A DNA stretch of 64,000 nucleotides from Candidatus Krumholzibacteriota bacterium (GCA_022711765.1 JAKLEB010000002.1:689726-753725), one strand, 5' to 3'; counted from the stretch's first letter, positions 22,748 through 33,269 are shown. Program-made: numbers and translations. The notes: a model not told the origin generated them from the letters alone.

Positions 22748-24382
22748 TCAATCCGTGCCGGCGCCCGCGCGGCCGCCGAGCAGGGGCTGGTTCGCCGGAT
22801 GGCGGTCCTCGCCGGCGCTGGTGACGCGGATCGCGGCGACATCCTGGAACGGACACTTGGTCTCGCAGATGCCGCAACCGGTGCAGCGGTCGGGGTCGAC
22901 CCGGGGGAACTTCAGGGTCCGCACGCTCGCGTCGCGCTGGACCGACTCGCGCCGCTCGAAGGTGATGGCCTTGTCCGGGATCGGGCAGTGCTCCTCGCAG
23001 ACGATGCACTCGCGGCCGTGGGCGTACGGCAGGCAGCGCGAGGTGTCGATCACGGCGAGCCCGATCCTGACCTGCTTCTTCTCGGCGAGCGCCAGCGGCC
23101 GGATGGCCTGGGTCGGACAGACCTGGCCGCAGGCGTGGCACTCGAACTCGCAGTAGCCGATCGCCGGCACCAGCATCGGCGTCCAGACGCCTTCGAGGCC
23201 GGCCTCGTGCCAGGTGGGTTGCAGGCCGCCGGTGGGACAGGTCTGCAGGCAGAGGCCGCACTGGATGCAGCGCTGCAGGAACTCCCGCTCCGCGCGAGCG
23301 CCGGGCGGGCGGATCAGGAGCGGGTGGAACGTCTTGCCGTGAGCGGCCGGGGTGATCCTCATGAGCGCGACCGCGACCGCGCCGGCCGCGAGCGCGGCGA
23401 GCGAGCGGCGCTTGCCGAGGTCCACGGAGCCTCGCGAGGTCGCGCGCCAGGGAAGGGTCCAGCGGAAATCGAGACCCTCGTTTCCGCAGGCAGCGACGCA
23501 ATTCCAGCAGCCGAAGCACTCCGTCGCGAGCCACTGGTCCGGCTTCTCGGGCTGGGCGGCCGCCGGGCACCTCAACGTGCAGCGGCCGCAGCTATTGCAG
23601 GCGTCCGTCCGGCTGCGCAGGCGCAGCAGCGGACGGACCGCCGCGAAGCCGAGCAGGGCGCCGAGCGGGCACACGTAGCGGCACCAGAAGCGGTTGCGGA
23701 CGAGGTTCGCGCCGAGCGCCGCGGCGAAGACCAGGAGGATCACGCCGGCGCCGGTGAAGACGCGCAGCTCGGAACCGGCGACCCGGGCCTGCCACCACCG
23801 GTCGATCGGCTCGGTGAGGTCCCGCAGGTGGAGCGGGCCGAGCTGCGGGTCGCCGAGATAGACCGCGTTGGCCACCTCGCTCAGCGCGACGTCGCAGGCC
23901 GGCAGCACCGTCAGCGCCAGGCTGCGGTAGAGCAAGGAGAACGGGTCGAACACGCCGATCCAGTGCACGCCGCCGATCGCCATCAGCAGGAGCGCGATCA
24001 GGAGGTAGTACTTGGCGCGCTGCCAGCGGCTGGACCCCTCGGACCGCGGCGTCAGTCGCCGCCAGCCGCCGCGAAGCGAACCGACCGCGTTGTGCAGGGT
24101 CCCGAGCGGACAGAACCAGCCGCAGAACCAGCGGCCGAGTACGGCGGTCACGGCGAGGGTCACCAGACCGAGCAACGCGAGGCCGGCCAGCGTGCGGGTG
24201 GCGAGCCAGGTGGCGGCGAGCGCGAGCGGATCGAGGTCGAAGAACAGGCTGACCGGGCCGGTCGGGCCCTCACCCGAGGTCGGCCGGTTGGCCACGACAA
24301 GGACGAGGAACAGGAGCAATGCTCCCGTCTGCACAGCCCGGCGCGTCCAGATCAGGCGGCGGGCCCGCGCGCGGACCGTCAC
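22748..24382 (-). CDS. NapH/MauN-like membrane polyferredoxin (multiple 4Fe-4S binding motifs)
   Basis: Two CGWFCP/CRYVCP motifs in a membrane region plus six CxxCxxCxxxCP-type ferredoxin motifs. GTG start overlaps the DUF362 stop. Confidence 0.8.
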   Translation of the reverse strand: MTVRARARRLIWTRRAVQTGALLLFLVLVVANRPTSGEGPTGPVSLFFDLDPLALAATWLATRTLAGLALLGLVTLAVTAVLGRWFCGWFCPLGTLHNAVGSLRGGWRRLTPRSEGSSRWQRAKYYLLIALLLMAIGGVHWIGVFDPFSLLYRSLALTVLPACDVALSEVANAVYLGDPQLGPLHLRDLTEPIDRWWQARVAGSELRVFTGAGVILLVFAAALGANLVRNRFWCRYVCPLGALLGFAAVRPLLRLRSRTDACNSCGRCTLRCPAAAQPEKPDQWLATECFGCWNCVAACGNEGLDFRWTLPWRATSRGSVDLGKRRSLAALAAGAVAVALMRITPAAHGKTFHPLLIRPPGARAEREFLQRCIQCGLCLQTCPTGGLQPTWHEAGLEGVWTPMLVPAIGYCEFECHACGQVCPTQAIRPLALAEKKQVRIGLAVIDTSRCLPYAHGRECIVCEEHCPIPDKAITFERRESVQRDASVRTLKFPRVDPDRCTGCGICETKCPFQDVAAIRVTSAGEDRHPANQPLLGGRAGAGTD

Positions 24383-25323
24383 GACAGCGTGCGCTCGACC
24401 TGCGGCAGCGAGCGGAAGTCGAGGGTGCCGAGGCCCCGCGCCGCCGCGGCGCCCAGGCTGGCGATCGCCGCCGGCTGGTGGCCCAGGAGGGTGGCGCCCA
24501 GCGCGTCGATCGCCACGAGGTCGGTGCCGGCCGCGACGGTGCCCACGAGCGTCACGTCGGCGGGGTCGCCCCCGGTCGGTCCGTGGGCGGTGAGCACGCG
24601 AACGGCGTCGAGCACGACGAGCCGCGGGCGCAGGAACGCCGTGACGTCGCAGAGGCAGTCCGCCATCTGCTGGTGCCAGGCGCTGCGCTGGCCGCCGGCG
24701 ACGCCCATGAGGTTCTTCATGCCGAGCGAGACGTCGGTCAGACCGTGGTGCTTGGCGATCGGGACGTTGATGACGAGGTCGGCCTCGACGATCTCGGGAT
24801 ACAGCGGCCAGGAGTCGAGCCGTTCGCCGCCGAGTTTCAGGTCACGGAAACGGCGGTCGTCCAGGAAGACGACCTGGGCTCCCTGGGCCTCGGCGGCCGC
24901 CGCGATGCCGCTCGTGGCGTAGCAATGCCGCGCGGGGTGGCACGGATTGTCGCCGACCTTGACGGTCTTCGCGCCGGCCTCGTAACACAGGCGCACGAGG
25001 GCGCCGACCACGTCGGGATTGGTGTCGGCCGCGAGCGCGGGCGCCCGGTTCCAGCCGATGTTGGGCTTGACCCAGACCACGTCGCCCTTGCTCACGAACC
25101 GGCCCATGCCGCCGAGACCGGCGATCGCCGCCTCGGTGAGCCTGCCTGCGGCCGCGGCGAGGTCGGCCGTCGCGAGCGCAGCCGGGTCCCAGCGGGCGAC
25201 GCTCAGCGCCATGGGATCCTGGGCCAGCGCCGCGCGGGGCAGCGCCAGGGCATCGCCGAGCGCCAACCCGCCGCCGAGGACGGCCGCCGTCTTGAGGAAC
25301 TCGCGCCGAGTGGGTCGCAGCAT
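24379..25323 (-). CDS. DUF362 domain protein with twin-arginine (Tat) signal
   Basis: RREFLKTAAVLGGGLAL Tat motif; DUF362-like core (VWVKPNIGW..., VINVPIAKHHGLTDVSLGMKNLMG). Confidence 0.7.
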   Translation of the reverse strand: MLRPTRREFLKTAAVLGGGLALGDALALPRAALAQDPMALSVARWDPAALATADLAAAAGRLTEAAIAGLGGMGRFVSKGDVVWVKPNIGWNRAPALAADTNPDVVGALVRLCYEAGAKTVKVGDNPCHPARHCYATSGIAAAAEAQGAQVVFLDDRRFRDLKLGGERLDSWPLYPEIVEADLVINVPIAKHHGLTDVSLGMKNLMGVAGGQRSAWHQQMADCLCDVTAFLRPRLVVLDAVRVLTAHGPTGGDPADVTLVGTVAAGTDLVAIDALGATLLGHQPAAIASLGAAAARGLGTLDFRSLPQVERTLS

Positions 25324-25567
25324 GGGATCCGCCTTCGCTGATCGCCCGCGGGCGATGGAGGGACATCAGGGGAAACCCGCCGGGGGCGTAGGCGTCGATT
25401 CTAGCGACATCGCGGGGGCAAGTCCACGACGGCCTGGGGCCGCGACGCGTCGCTCCAAGGAGGGCGCGGCCGCGGGTGGCGATCCTCGGGCGCATATTCC
25501 GGACTATTTACCTCTCGCAATGAACCCGAATCCGATCTTTCCGTCGTTCGATACAGATACCGCTAAA

Positions 25568-25596
25568 TTGACTGGCGATAATCAATGATCTACAGT
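25568..25596 (+). promoter_or_regulatory. sigma70-like promoter (TTGACT-17-TACAGT) giving a ~170-nt 5' UTR for the CRTAC1-like gene
   Basis: TTGACT at 25568-25573, 17-nt spacer, TACAGT at 25591-25596, in the AT-richer divergent intergenic region. Confidence 0.35.
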
Positions 25597-25772
25597 CACC
25601 TTCCTTTTCCACCGAGATCCGACCGAGTTGCCGGCACCGCCGCGCCGGTCTCCGGTCCGCACTCGTGAACCGATTCGCCATGCCAAGGAGGTGCCGATTC
25701 GCGCAATGACCCCGGCCTCTTCGTTGCGTCGTTCAATCCGAGATCCAGTTCATCGATCGAGGAGGATCGCCC

Positions 25773-28700
25773 ATGAATCACCATACCAAGATCACGAGAC
25801 TACTTCTTGTTCTCACCGTCATGGTCGTCATCTCCAACCTGCCAGCCATGGCCGCGACGGAACAGGTCAAGCGCCAAGCCATCGATTCCGGCCTCGTCTG
25901 GCTCGCCGTCAACCAGACCCGCGCTGGCGACGAAGGATACTGGCCCTATGAAAACACCGGCACCCTGGCGGCCACCGCTGCCGCGGCGCTTGCCTTCATC
26001 GAGGAAGGATACCTGCCGGGCGCCGACGTCGTGATCAACGAAGTCAACTATGGCGACGTCGTCGGCTACGCCCTCAACTACATGTTCAACCGTGCCCTCG
26101 TCGACACGCGGTTCGGCGTGGAGTATGCGGTTTATGAGCGTTATGCCGAGGACTACAACAACGACGGGATCTACGGCGAGGGCAACGACCAGGCGATCTA
26201 CTTCGAACCTGGCGATTCCAATCGCCGGCTCTACACGACCGGCATCTGCACGCCCGTCGTCTACGCGCTCGGCGTCGCGCTGGGTCGCGATACGGTCATC
26301 GGCCGCGGGACGGCAGTCGTCGAGAACATGACCTATGCCGAGGCCATGCAGGACCTCATCGACTGGTTCAGCTTCGCGCAGGTCGAACCGAACCTGGGCA
26401 ACTGGCGCGGCGGCTGGCGCTACGACGCCAACTACTCGAGTTCGGACAATTCGACGGCGCAGTGGGGAGCGCTACCGCTCCTGTACGGTATCTCCTGGGG
26501 TCTGGGCACGCCGAACTACGTCTTCGCTGAACTCGAACTCTGGGTGAACTACATCCAGAACGCCAACGGCGGCTCCGGTTATTCCTACCCCTGGGAGTAC
26601 GTCAACGTGTCCAAGACGGGCGGCTTGCTCCTCCAGATGCGGGCGATCGGCAGGCCGCTCGAGCATGAGCGGGTCCAGGCCGCGATCAACTACATCAACA
26701 GCTACTGGAACACGTATCCGAGCGGGACGTGGTACGGAAACCTGAATCACCCGTACGCGATGTGGGCAGTCTACAAGGGACTCGAGATCTATGGTCTGAC
26801 GGACGTCATCATGTCCTTCAACCATCTCGTCATGATCGGCACGGACATGCCGGCGGCTCCCGGCGGTTTCACGATCGGCTACGAGCAGGATCCCTCCTTG
26901 TCTCTGGCCGGCGACTGGTACTCCCATTACTCCGATTACCTGGTGAGCATCCAGAACGCCAATGGGAGCTGGAACGGTTACGATTACTGGACCGGTTATC
27001 TCGCCTCGGCGTGGTACATCAACATCCTCAACGCCGGCGGCAACATCCCGCCGCCCGGCAATCCCTACATCGAGATGACCTCGACCTTCGCAGGTCCCTG
27101 CCCGTGGCATGGCGACCCGATTCTGCACGATGTCCACTACTTCTATGGAACGCCGGGAAACCCCGATCCCGAGGTACCGCCGGCCGAGGACGTCGAGGTC
27201 GTCGTCACGCTCAACGAACACATGACATTCGTGGCCGCGAGCGGCGCGGGCGATTACGATCCCGCCACCCATACCGTCACGTGGGAGGTGGGCCAGTTGC
27301 CGGACGGCAGCGAGGGCTTCGAATCCGTATCTTGCGTGATCGCGGATACGGCGCCACCGGATGCTGACCTGCGCACCTTGGCGGACGTGAGCGCGAGCAA
27401 TGTCCCCTGGTACGAGTGGGGGCACGCCGAGACCATCGTCCACACCTGCGCGACCCCGGTACCCGACGAATGCGTCTGGCAGGAGTGGACCGACCTCGCC
27501 GAGCACGCGGTATCCCACGCCACCGCCTGGGGCGACTATGACAACGACGGCGATCAGGACCTCTTGATCGCCGGCTCGGGGCTCAACCGGCTCTACGAGA
27601 ACGTCGGCGGCGTGATGGTGGAGGTCGTCGGTTGGTGCGACGACGCCGAGCCCTCGTTCGGCGCGGTGTGGGGCGACTACGACAGCGACGGCGACCTCGA
27701 TCTCTACGTGGTCAACGCGCTGGTCGCAAACGCGCTGTATCGCAACGAAGGTGGCGCTTTCGTGCGCGTCGATGCCGGGGATGCCGCAGACACCGGCGAC
27801 GGTTACGACGCAGCCTGGGCCGACGTCGACAACGACGGCGATCTCGACCTTTATCTCTGCAACCGCGACGGCACGAACCACCTTTACCGCAACGATGGAG
27901 GCGCGTTCGTAGACTGGGGCGGCGTGACCGCAGTCAGCGGCACCAGCCGTGGCTGCGCGTTCGCGGACTACGACAACGACCAGGACCAGGACCTCTACGT
28001 GAGCATGCTGGGCGCCAACTACCTGTTCCGCAACGATGGCGGGGTGTACGTCGATGTGTCGGCGCCGCCGGTGAACGACCTGGGCCAGGGCAAGGGCGTG
28101 GCCTGGGGCGACTACGACAACGATGGCGACCTGGACCTGTACCTGGTCAACACGGGCGGTGCCAACAAGCTGTTCCGCAACGACCTGCCGGAGTTCTTCA
28201 CCGACGTGACGGACGACCTCACGGGCGACGCGAACAACGGCCGGGCCTGCGCCTGGGTCGACTATGACAACGACGGTTGGCTCGACCTGTTCCTGACCAA
28301 CATCTCCGGCTGGAACCGCCTGTTCGAGAACATCGAGGGCGCCTTCGCGGACAGCACGTGCGGCGCGCTGGCCGTGACCGCGGACCTACCGTCGTGGGGC
28401 TGTGCGTTCGCGGACTACGATGCAGACGGCGACCAGGACCTGGCGATGGCGGTCGCCAGCCTCGCTGATCCGAGCAAGCTGTTCCGCAATGACCGCTACG
28501 AAGTGCCGATCGCGAACTGGCTGCAGATCGATCTACGCGGCGTCGCGTCGAACCGCTTCGGCGTGGGGGCGAAGATCTTCGTCGACAACGGCGAGTTCAC
28601 CCAGCTGCGCGAGGTGTCCGCGAGCGGCAACTACCTGAGCCAGGCGCCGCTGACGGCGAGCTACGGCGTGGCGGCGGCGACGCGCGTCGACGTCACGATC

Positions 28701-29087
28701 GTCTGGCCGTCGGGCCTGGTGCAGGAGCTGCAGCAGGTGCCGGTGAACCAGCGGCTGGTCGTGCCGGAGCAGGCCGGTGCGTTGCCGGTCGGCGAGCTGC
28801 CGGTGCCGACTCTCCTGGAGGTTGTGAACTACCCGAACCCGTTCAACCCGAGCACGACGATCGAGTTCGCGCTGCCACGGGCTTCGCGCGTCGATCTGCA
28901 GATCCTCGATGCGCGCGGGAGGCTGGTGAGCGCGCTGCTCACCGGGGAACGCTACGCTGCGGGCCGGCATCAGGTGCAGTGGTTGGGGCGTAACGCCGAG
29001 GGCCAAACCGTGCCTTCGGGAGTGTATTTCTACCGGTGTGTCGCGAACGGGGAGTCCGTGACCGGAAGAATGGTGTTGTTGAAGTAA
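25773..29087 (+). CDS. CRTAC1-family secreted protein: N-terminal prenyltransferase/terpene-cyclase-like alpha-toroid repeats, FG-GAP/VCBS repeats, ASPIC/UnbV domain, C-terminal FlgD-Ig-like domain
   Basis: Signal peptide; repeated WGDYDNDGDLDLY... FG-GAP units; RFGVGAKIFVDNGEFTQLREVSASGNYLSQAPLTASYG (UnbV_ASPIC); C-terminus NYPNPFNPSTTIEFALP...GVYFYRC. GAGGAGGA RBS. Confidence 0.85.
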   Translation: MNHHTKITRLLLVLTVMVVISNLPAMAATEQVKRQAIDSGLVWLAVNQTRAGDEGYWPYENTGTLAATAAAALAFIEEGYLPGADVVINEVNYGDVVGYALNYMFNRALVDTRFGVEYAVYERYAEDYNNDGIYGEGNDQAIYFEPGDSNRRLYTTGICTPVVYALGVALGRDTVIGRGTAVVENMTYAEAMQDLIDWFSFAQVEPNLGNWRGGWRYDANYSSSDNSTAQWGALPLLYGISWGLGTPNYVFAELELWVNYIQNANGGSGYSYPWEYVNVSKTGGLLLQMRAIGRPLEHERVQAAINYINSYWNTYPSGTWYGNLNHPYAMWAVYKGLEIYGLTDVIMSFNHLVMIGTDMPAAPGGFTIGYEQDPSLSLAGDWYSHYSDYLVSIQNANGSWNGYDYWTGYLASAWYINILNAGGNIPPPGNPYIEMTSTFAGPCPWHGDPILHDVHYFYGTPGNPDPEVPPAEDVEVVVTLNEHMTFVAASGAGDYDPATHTVTWEVGQLPDGSEGFESVSCVIADTAPPDADLRTLADVSASNVPWYEWGHAETIVHTCATPVPDECVWQEWTDLAEHAVSHATAWGDYDNDGDQDLLIAGSGLNRLYENVGGVMVEVVGWCDDAEPSFGAVWGDYDSDGDLDLYVVNALVANALYRNEGGAFVRVDAGDAADTGDGYDAAWADVDNDGDLDLYLCNRDGTNHLYRNDGGAFVDWGGVTAVSGTSRGCAFADYDNDQDQDLYVSMLGANYLFRNDGGVYVDVSAPPVNDLGQGKGVAWGDYDNDGDLDLYLVNTGGANKLFRNDLPEFFTDVTDDLTGDANNGRACAWVDYDNDGWLDLFLTNISGWNRLFENIEGAFADSTCGALAVTADLPSWGCAFADYDADGDQDLAMAVASLADPSKLFRNDRYEVPIANWLQIDLRGVASNRFGVGAKIFVDNGEFTQLREVSASGNYLSQAPLTASYGVAAATRVDVTIVWPSGLVQELQQVPVNQRLVVPEQAGALPVGELPVPTLLEVVNYPNPFNPSTTIEFALPRASRVDLQILDARGRLVSALLTGERYAAGRHQVQWLGRNAEGQTVPSGVYFYRCVANGESVTGRMVLLK

Positions 29088-29126
29088 CGCACCGATATCA
29101 GAGTCGATCGAGTAATCCTCTCCTTC

Positions 29127-29158
29127 CCGGGCCTGGAGAAGCAGTACTCCAGGCCCGG
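29127..29158 (+). terminator. hairpin terminator downstream of the CRTAC1-like gene
   Basis: ccgggcctgga-gaagcagtac-tccaggcccgg is an 11-bp perfect stem 40 nt after the stop codon. Confidence 0.45.
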
Positions 29159-29750
29159 TAGGCAAATCAGATCTGATGAGACACGTCAGATGGTGATCTA
29201 TGAGAGACTTCGCGCCGGAGAAGAAGAGGGGCGCAAAGGCAGTAAACAAAGCGAGGAAGAGGCACGAAATGGATGGTTCTGGTCGATGGCGCGAGTACTT
29301 CGCTTGGAGCACACGTGGACGCAAAGTGCCCGGCGATAGTGAAACTCGAAAAGCGGACGATCCAAAACGTCTCCATGAGGCGAACGCATACGCCAAGCCG
29401 ACCATGACGAATTTAATTTGAATGACTGCGAATCGCACTTACGAAAGTAATCCGCGTCGTACAAACTTGGACAGGCGGCTTATCGAGCTGACCATTCCCG
29501 CTCGTTCGATACATCTCACATCCAGTCACCGAAACAGCCGAGAACTAAGGAGATACCGCTATCGTTGAATCGCGAAGCCAACGGTCACTTGGTTTGGAGG
29601 CTTCCGCCGTTTGCTGTTGTGGTATGAGCGACTGATTGGAACGTACCAGGAGTTGTTTAATGGCGCGTGTGCGTTTGTTGAGCTTTCGAGATATACGAAA
29701 TGGGCGCTGGGTACGGAATTGTACTTATGTAATTAATGAGAGGTACTAAG

Positions 29751-32700
29751 ATGTCACGTCGAAGCATCGTTCCCTGCGGTTCTTTAAGCGTAGGATTCGG
29801 GTACTTCTGGTTCGCGCTAGCCGTAGTCGCACAGACGCCCTCGCCGATGGATTTGCCGCCTATATTGCCGGTGGAATGGTCGATACCACAATCAATAGAA
29901 GTCTACTACGACGAAACAATAAGCTCACAAAGCAATCCGTTCGGTGATCCCGCTACGGTGCGCGCGGCGATCGAACAGGCTATTGAAGAGTGGAACTTCG
30001 AGTTGCTAGAAGCAGGGGCGTGGCTGAGTTTCCATCGCAATAACGCTGAGATGTACCTCGGCGGTAGCTTGCCTAGTCCCGCATTTCATGGAGTTGTGTT
30101 TAGTTATGGGACGCACTATATGGACGAAGATGGACAGCCAGACCTCTTTGGGTGGACTTACTACAGCCCACGGAATGTCTGCGGCGCAATGGACTGGAAC
30201 GTCGTTGAAATCAGTGACGGGTGGGATAGAAGCTGCCCGGCGATGTTGCGTGCGGTAGCGCTTCATGAATTGGGACATGTGCTGGGGCTTGGCGATCATC
30301 CGGATGATCTTTCTTGTCTCGACGACCAACTAATGTGTAACGCGTATTTAAATTGTGAGATGTACCAGAATCGATTCATCGATCCAATCACGCTGACCGC
30401 GCTCCATTGCATATACGGATGGGGTGAGTGCCCAGGTCAGAATGTCAGCGTAGATATGTGGTACTATCTAGACGGTCCTCACACAATTCACCTCGGCCGT
30501 TGTAGCTGCCAACCGATTCCTAGCGGTGGTAAGTCGAAGGAGGTTACACACGCAGAAATCGCTCGCGCAAGAATACGCGATACAATTTATGAGTTGGCCA
30601 TTAGCCAAGATGACAGCCTCTATATGCCGTTTGCTTACGTGGGGGAGGAGGAGTGGGTTGATGACATCTACGGCCACGCTTTCGCGACATCCCGTGAGCA
30701 CGCGAAGGTGAGAATGCGATATTATAATAGCGGCGTGCTAGTTGACGAGGCTAAAACGTATCAATGGGTAGACGTTGAGGCGGCCGGTCTCGGTGTTGTG
30801 CCGGAATTGCCGTGGTACGTAGACGGCTTTCAGGGCGGACCGTTTGACACGACTTGTGTAGGTTATACAGTCCGGAACAACACCGCAGCGGGGTTGGAGT
30901 GGCGCGTAGCGCTCGATGCGCCGTGGCTAGAGATAGGGCCGGATTATGGAATCCTATCGGCCGGCCAAGAGGTCATGCTAGACCTCTGTCTCAACAGTGG
31001 CGCGGACGCACTCACCTTGGGCGTACACGAGGGGATCCTCACGTTTACGGATGTTACGGCCGGCTATTCGTTCACCCGTAAGTATCAACTATACGTAGAG
31101 TTGTGTCCCCCCTCTCCGCTACCCTTGTGCGATAACGTTGTGATCGAAACTCCTGTCGGAGGTAGCGGTGAGGCTGTCCTCCAGATCGGTAACGATCTCG
31201 ATGCGTGCCAGCCGTTGGAGTTCTCGATCACCACGGCCGTGCAGGGTGGCGCGGGGAGCAGTGTGGACGTCGAAGGAAGCACTGCGCTGGCAAACTATGC
31301 CAATGGACGCTATATCGGCAATGTCTTCGAGGTTGCGGAGAGCACCAGTATTCTGCAAATCGGTGCATATCTGAACTTTACGGGTAGCCGCCAGCTGAAT
31401 TTCGTGATCCTCGAAGCGCCGGTTCAGGCTGGCCCCTACCAGGAGATCTGCAGTCAGGTCGTCGACGTCGTTGGCAACGGCGAAGGGTTCTACGATTCGC
31501 AGCCGTTGAGCGTGCCGCTAGCTGAGGGGAAGTTCTACATCGTAGGTGTCGGCTGGACGGGCGGTAATATCACATACTACTGGGATACGGCTAGCATGCC
31601 CCACGCGGTCAGTTTTGGTCAGAAACACTACGGCTTCCGGTGGGATGGATATCCACTGCCAGGTACGGTACCCAGCCCGGCTTTCTACACCGCGAATTAC
31701 TACCAGCGTATAACAACGGAAAGCATGTGGTTGTGCGTCGTCCCGAACTTCGGGAGCGTTATTCCTGGCGGTCAGTTGGATGTGATCGTAAGTGTTTCGG
31801 CTGTTGGTCTGGAGGAAGGTATCCATCTCGGGAGCGTTCACGTTGCGACAAACGTCGGAGAATCGGAGCCTGATTCTATCCCGGTAGCCTTAGTTGTTGG
31901 ACTGACCTCAGAAGAGCCGGCATGTACGGTGGAACCAGATACGGTTCAGTTGACGATGCAGCCGGATTCGCAGCAGGCTGCAACCGTGACGGTCAGTAAC
32001 ACGGGTGAAGAGGCGTCGGTACTTCTGTACGTTTTGACGGTTCAGGGGAACGCGCTGCGACAAGCCGGACACGGCGCAAAAAACATCGCGGGCTCGACGG
32101 TTACCTGCGCGGAAACCGTCTATATGCCAGCAAGCACGGTTAATCTGCACTTCACAGTCTACAATGGCAGCGCGGATGACGAATGGCTGACGGACGTGAC
32201 GCTCGATTTCCCGCCGGGGATGTTCGTCAATTTGTCCACGAACTTTGTTGGTGGCTCCGTCGGGCCGATGGTTTCCAATGGAGCATCGGGAAACGGTGCA
32301 ATCGTTGCTTGGCACGGCGACAGCGGCGCACCGGATTACTACGGTGTGGTCCGAATGGGCGAATCGGCGACGGCCACCGTCAACGTCAGTTTCGCCGCGG
32401 ACCTCGCGGGCCTGCAGCAGATAGCGTACACGATTACCGGCGATCAGTGGGGCGATGCCCCGCACACGGTATCCGGCATGATCGCGCTACAATATGGTGG
32501 GTCGAGTATCGCGGTTCTGGCGCCCAATGGCGGAGAGAGACTTGCCATCGGGTCGCTGTACGACGTGCTCTGGACAACCACGGGCAGCCTGCCGGCGGTG
32601 AGGATCGATCTCAGTCGCAATTCGGGTGGCAACTGGGAACCCGTAGTAGCCAGCATACCCAATGGCGGCATTTACCCTTGGGAGGTCAGTGGATCGAGCG

Positions 32701-33269
32701 CGAATCAGTGCCTTTTCCGGGTCTCGAGCCCCGATCAGACCGTCAGCGATCAGAGTGACGGCGTCTTCGCGATTCATGACCCGGCACCCTGGCTACAGGT
32801 GAATCCGTCAAGCGGGATACTTGAGCACGGGCAGAGCCATGTGCTTGATCTCAACGTGGATACCACTGGGCTGACGGAGGGACAGTACCAAGCGTGGATC
32901 GTCATCGACCATAACGGGCAGAGCAGCCCTACCGTCTTACCCGTCGCTCTGGTCGTCGAACCCCCCAGTGGTGCGGAAGAGAGTCTCCCGGCAGTATTAT
33001 GGCTTGAGACCAACTACCCGAATCCGTTCAACCCTGTGACTACAATCCGCTTCGGCCTGCCATCCCCTTGTCCCGTGGTTCTGAGGATCTATGACGTTCA
33101 GGGCCGCCTCGTGCGTACACTCTGGACTGGCGACCTGCCTGCCGGTGAGCAAGAAGTGTTCTGGAATGGACGGGACGACAAGGGTCGGACAGTCGCATCG
33201 GGTGTCTATTTCTGCAGCCTCCGTGCGGGCCGGGAGTCTCGAACGACGAAGATGACGATGGTGCGATAA
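29751..33269 (+). CDS. secreted multidomain protein with N-terminal metzincin-type zinc-metalloprotease motif and C-terminal FlgD-Ig-like domain
   Basis: Signal peptide; HELGHVLGLGDH (HExxHxxGxxH); about 800 aa of beta-rich, unassigned sequence; C-terminus NYPNPFNPVTTIRFGLP...GVYFCSL. GAGAGG RBS. Low GC3, unlike neighbours. Confidence 0.8.
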   Translation: MSRRSIVPCGSLSVGFGYFWFALAVVAQTPSPMDLPPILPVEWSIPQSIEVYYDETISSQSNPFGDPATVRAAIEQAIEEWNFELLEAGAWLSFHRNNAEMYLGGSLPSPAFHGVVFSYGTHYMDEDGQPDLFGWTYYSPRNVCGAMDWNVVEISDGWDRSCPAMLRAVALHELGHVLGLGDHPDDLSCLDDQLMCNAYLNCEMYQNRFIDPITLTALHCIYGWGECPGQNVSVDMWYYLDGPHTIHLGRCSCQPIPSGGKSKEVTHAEIARARIRDTIYELAISQDDSLYMPFAYVGEEEWVDDIYGHAFATSREHAKVRMRYYNSGVLVDEAKTYQWVDVEAAGLGVVPELPWYVDGFQGGPFDTTCVGYTVRNNTAAGLEWRVALDAPWLEIGPDYGILSAGQEVMLDLCLNSGADALTLGVHEGILTFTDVTAGYSFTRKYQLYVELCPPSPLPLCDNVVIETPVGGSGEAVLQIGNDLDACQPLEFSITTAVQGGAGSSVDVEGSTALANYANGRYIGNVFEVAESTSILQIGAYLNFTGSRQLNFVILEAPVQAGPYQEICSQVVDVVGNGEGFYDSQPLSVPLAEGKFYIVGVGWTGGNITYYWDTASMPHAVSFGQKHYGFRWDGYPLPGTVPSPAFYTANYYQRITTESMWLCVVPNFGSVIPGGQLDVIVSVSAVGLEEGIHLGSVHVATNVGESEPDSIPVALVVGLTSEEPACTVEPDTVQLTMQPDSQQAATVTVSNTGEEASVLLYVLTVQGNALRQAGHGAKNIAGSTVTCAETVYMPASTVNLHFTVYNGSADDEWLTDVTLDFPPGMFVNLSTNFVGGSVGPMVSNGASGNGAIVAWHGDSGAPDYYGVVRMGESATATVNVSFAADLAGLQQIAYTITGDQWGDAPHTVSGMIALQYGGSSIAVLAPNGGERLAIGSLYDVLWTTTGSLPAVRIDLSRNSGGNWEPVVASIPNGGIYPWEVSGSSANQCLFRVSSPDQTVSDQSDGVFAIHDPAPWLQVNPSSGILEHGQSHVLDLNVDTTGLTEGQYQAWIVIDHNGQSSPTVLPVALVVEPPSGAEESLPAVLWLETNYPNPFNPVTTIRFGLPSPCPVVLRIYDVQGRLVRTLWTGDLPAGEQEVFWNGRDDKGRTVASGVYFCSLRAGRESRTTKMTMVR

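Noticed and set aside
22346-24922. 858-aa plus-strand ORF
   Set aside because: Antisense to the polyferredoxin and DUF362 genes whose translations carry clear Fe-S and Tat motifs.
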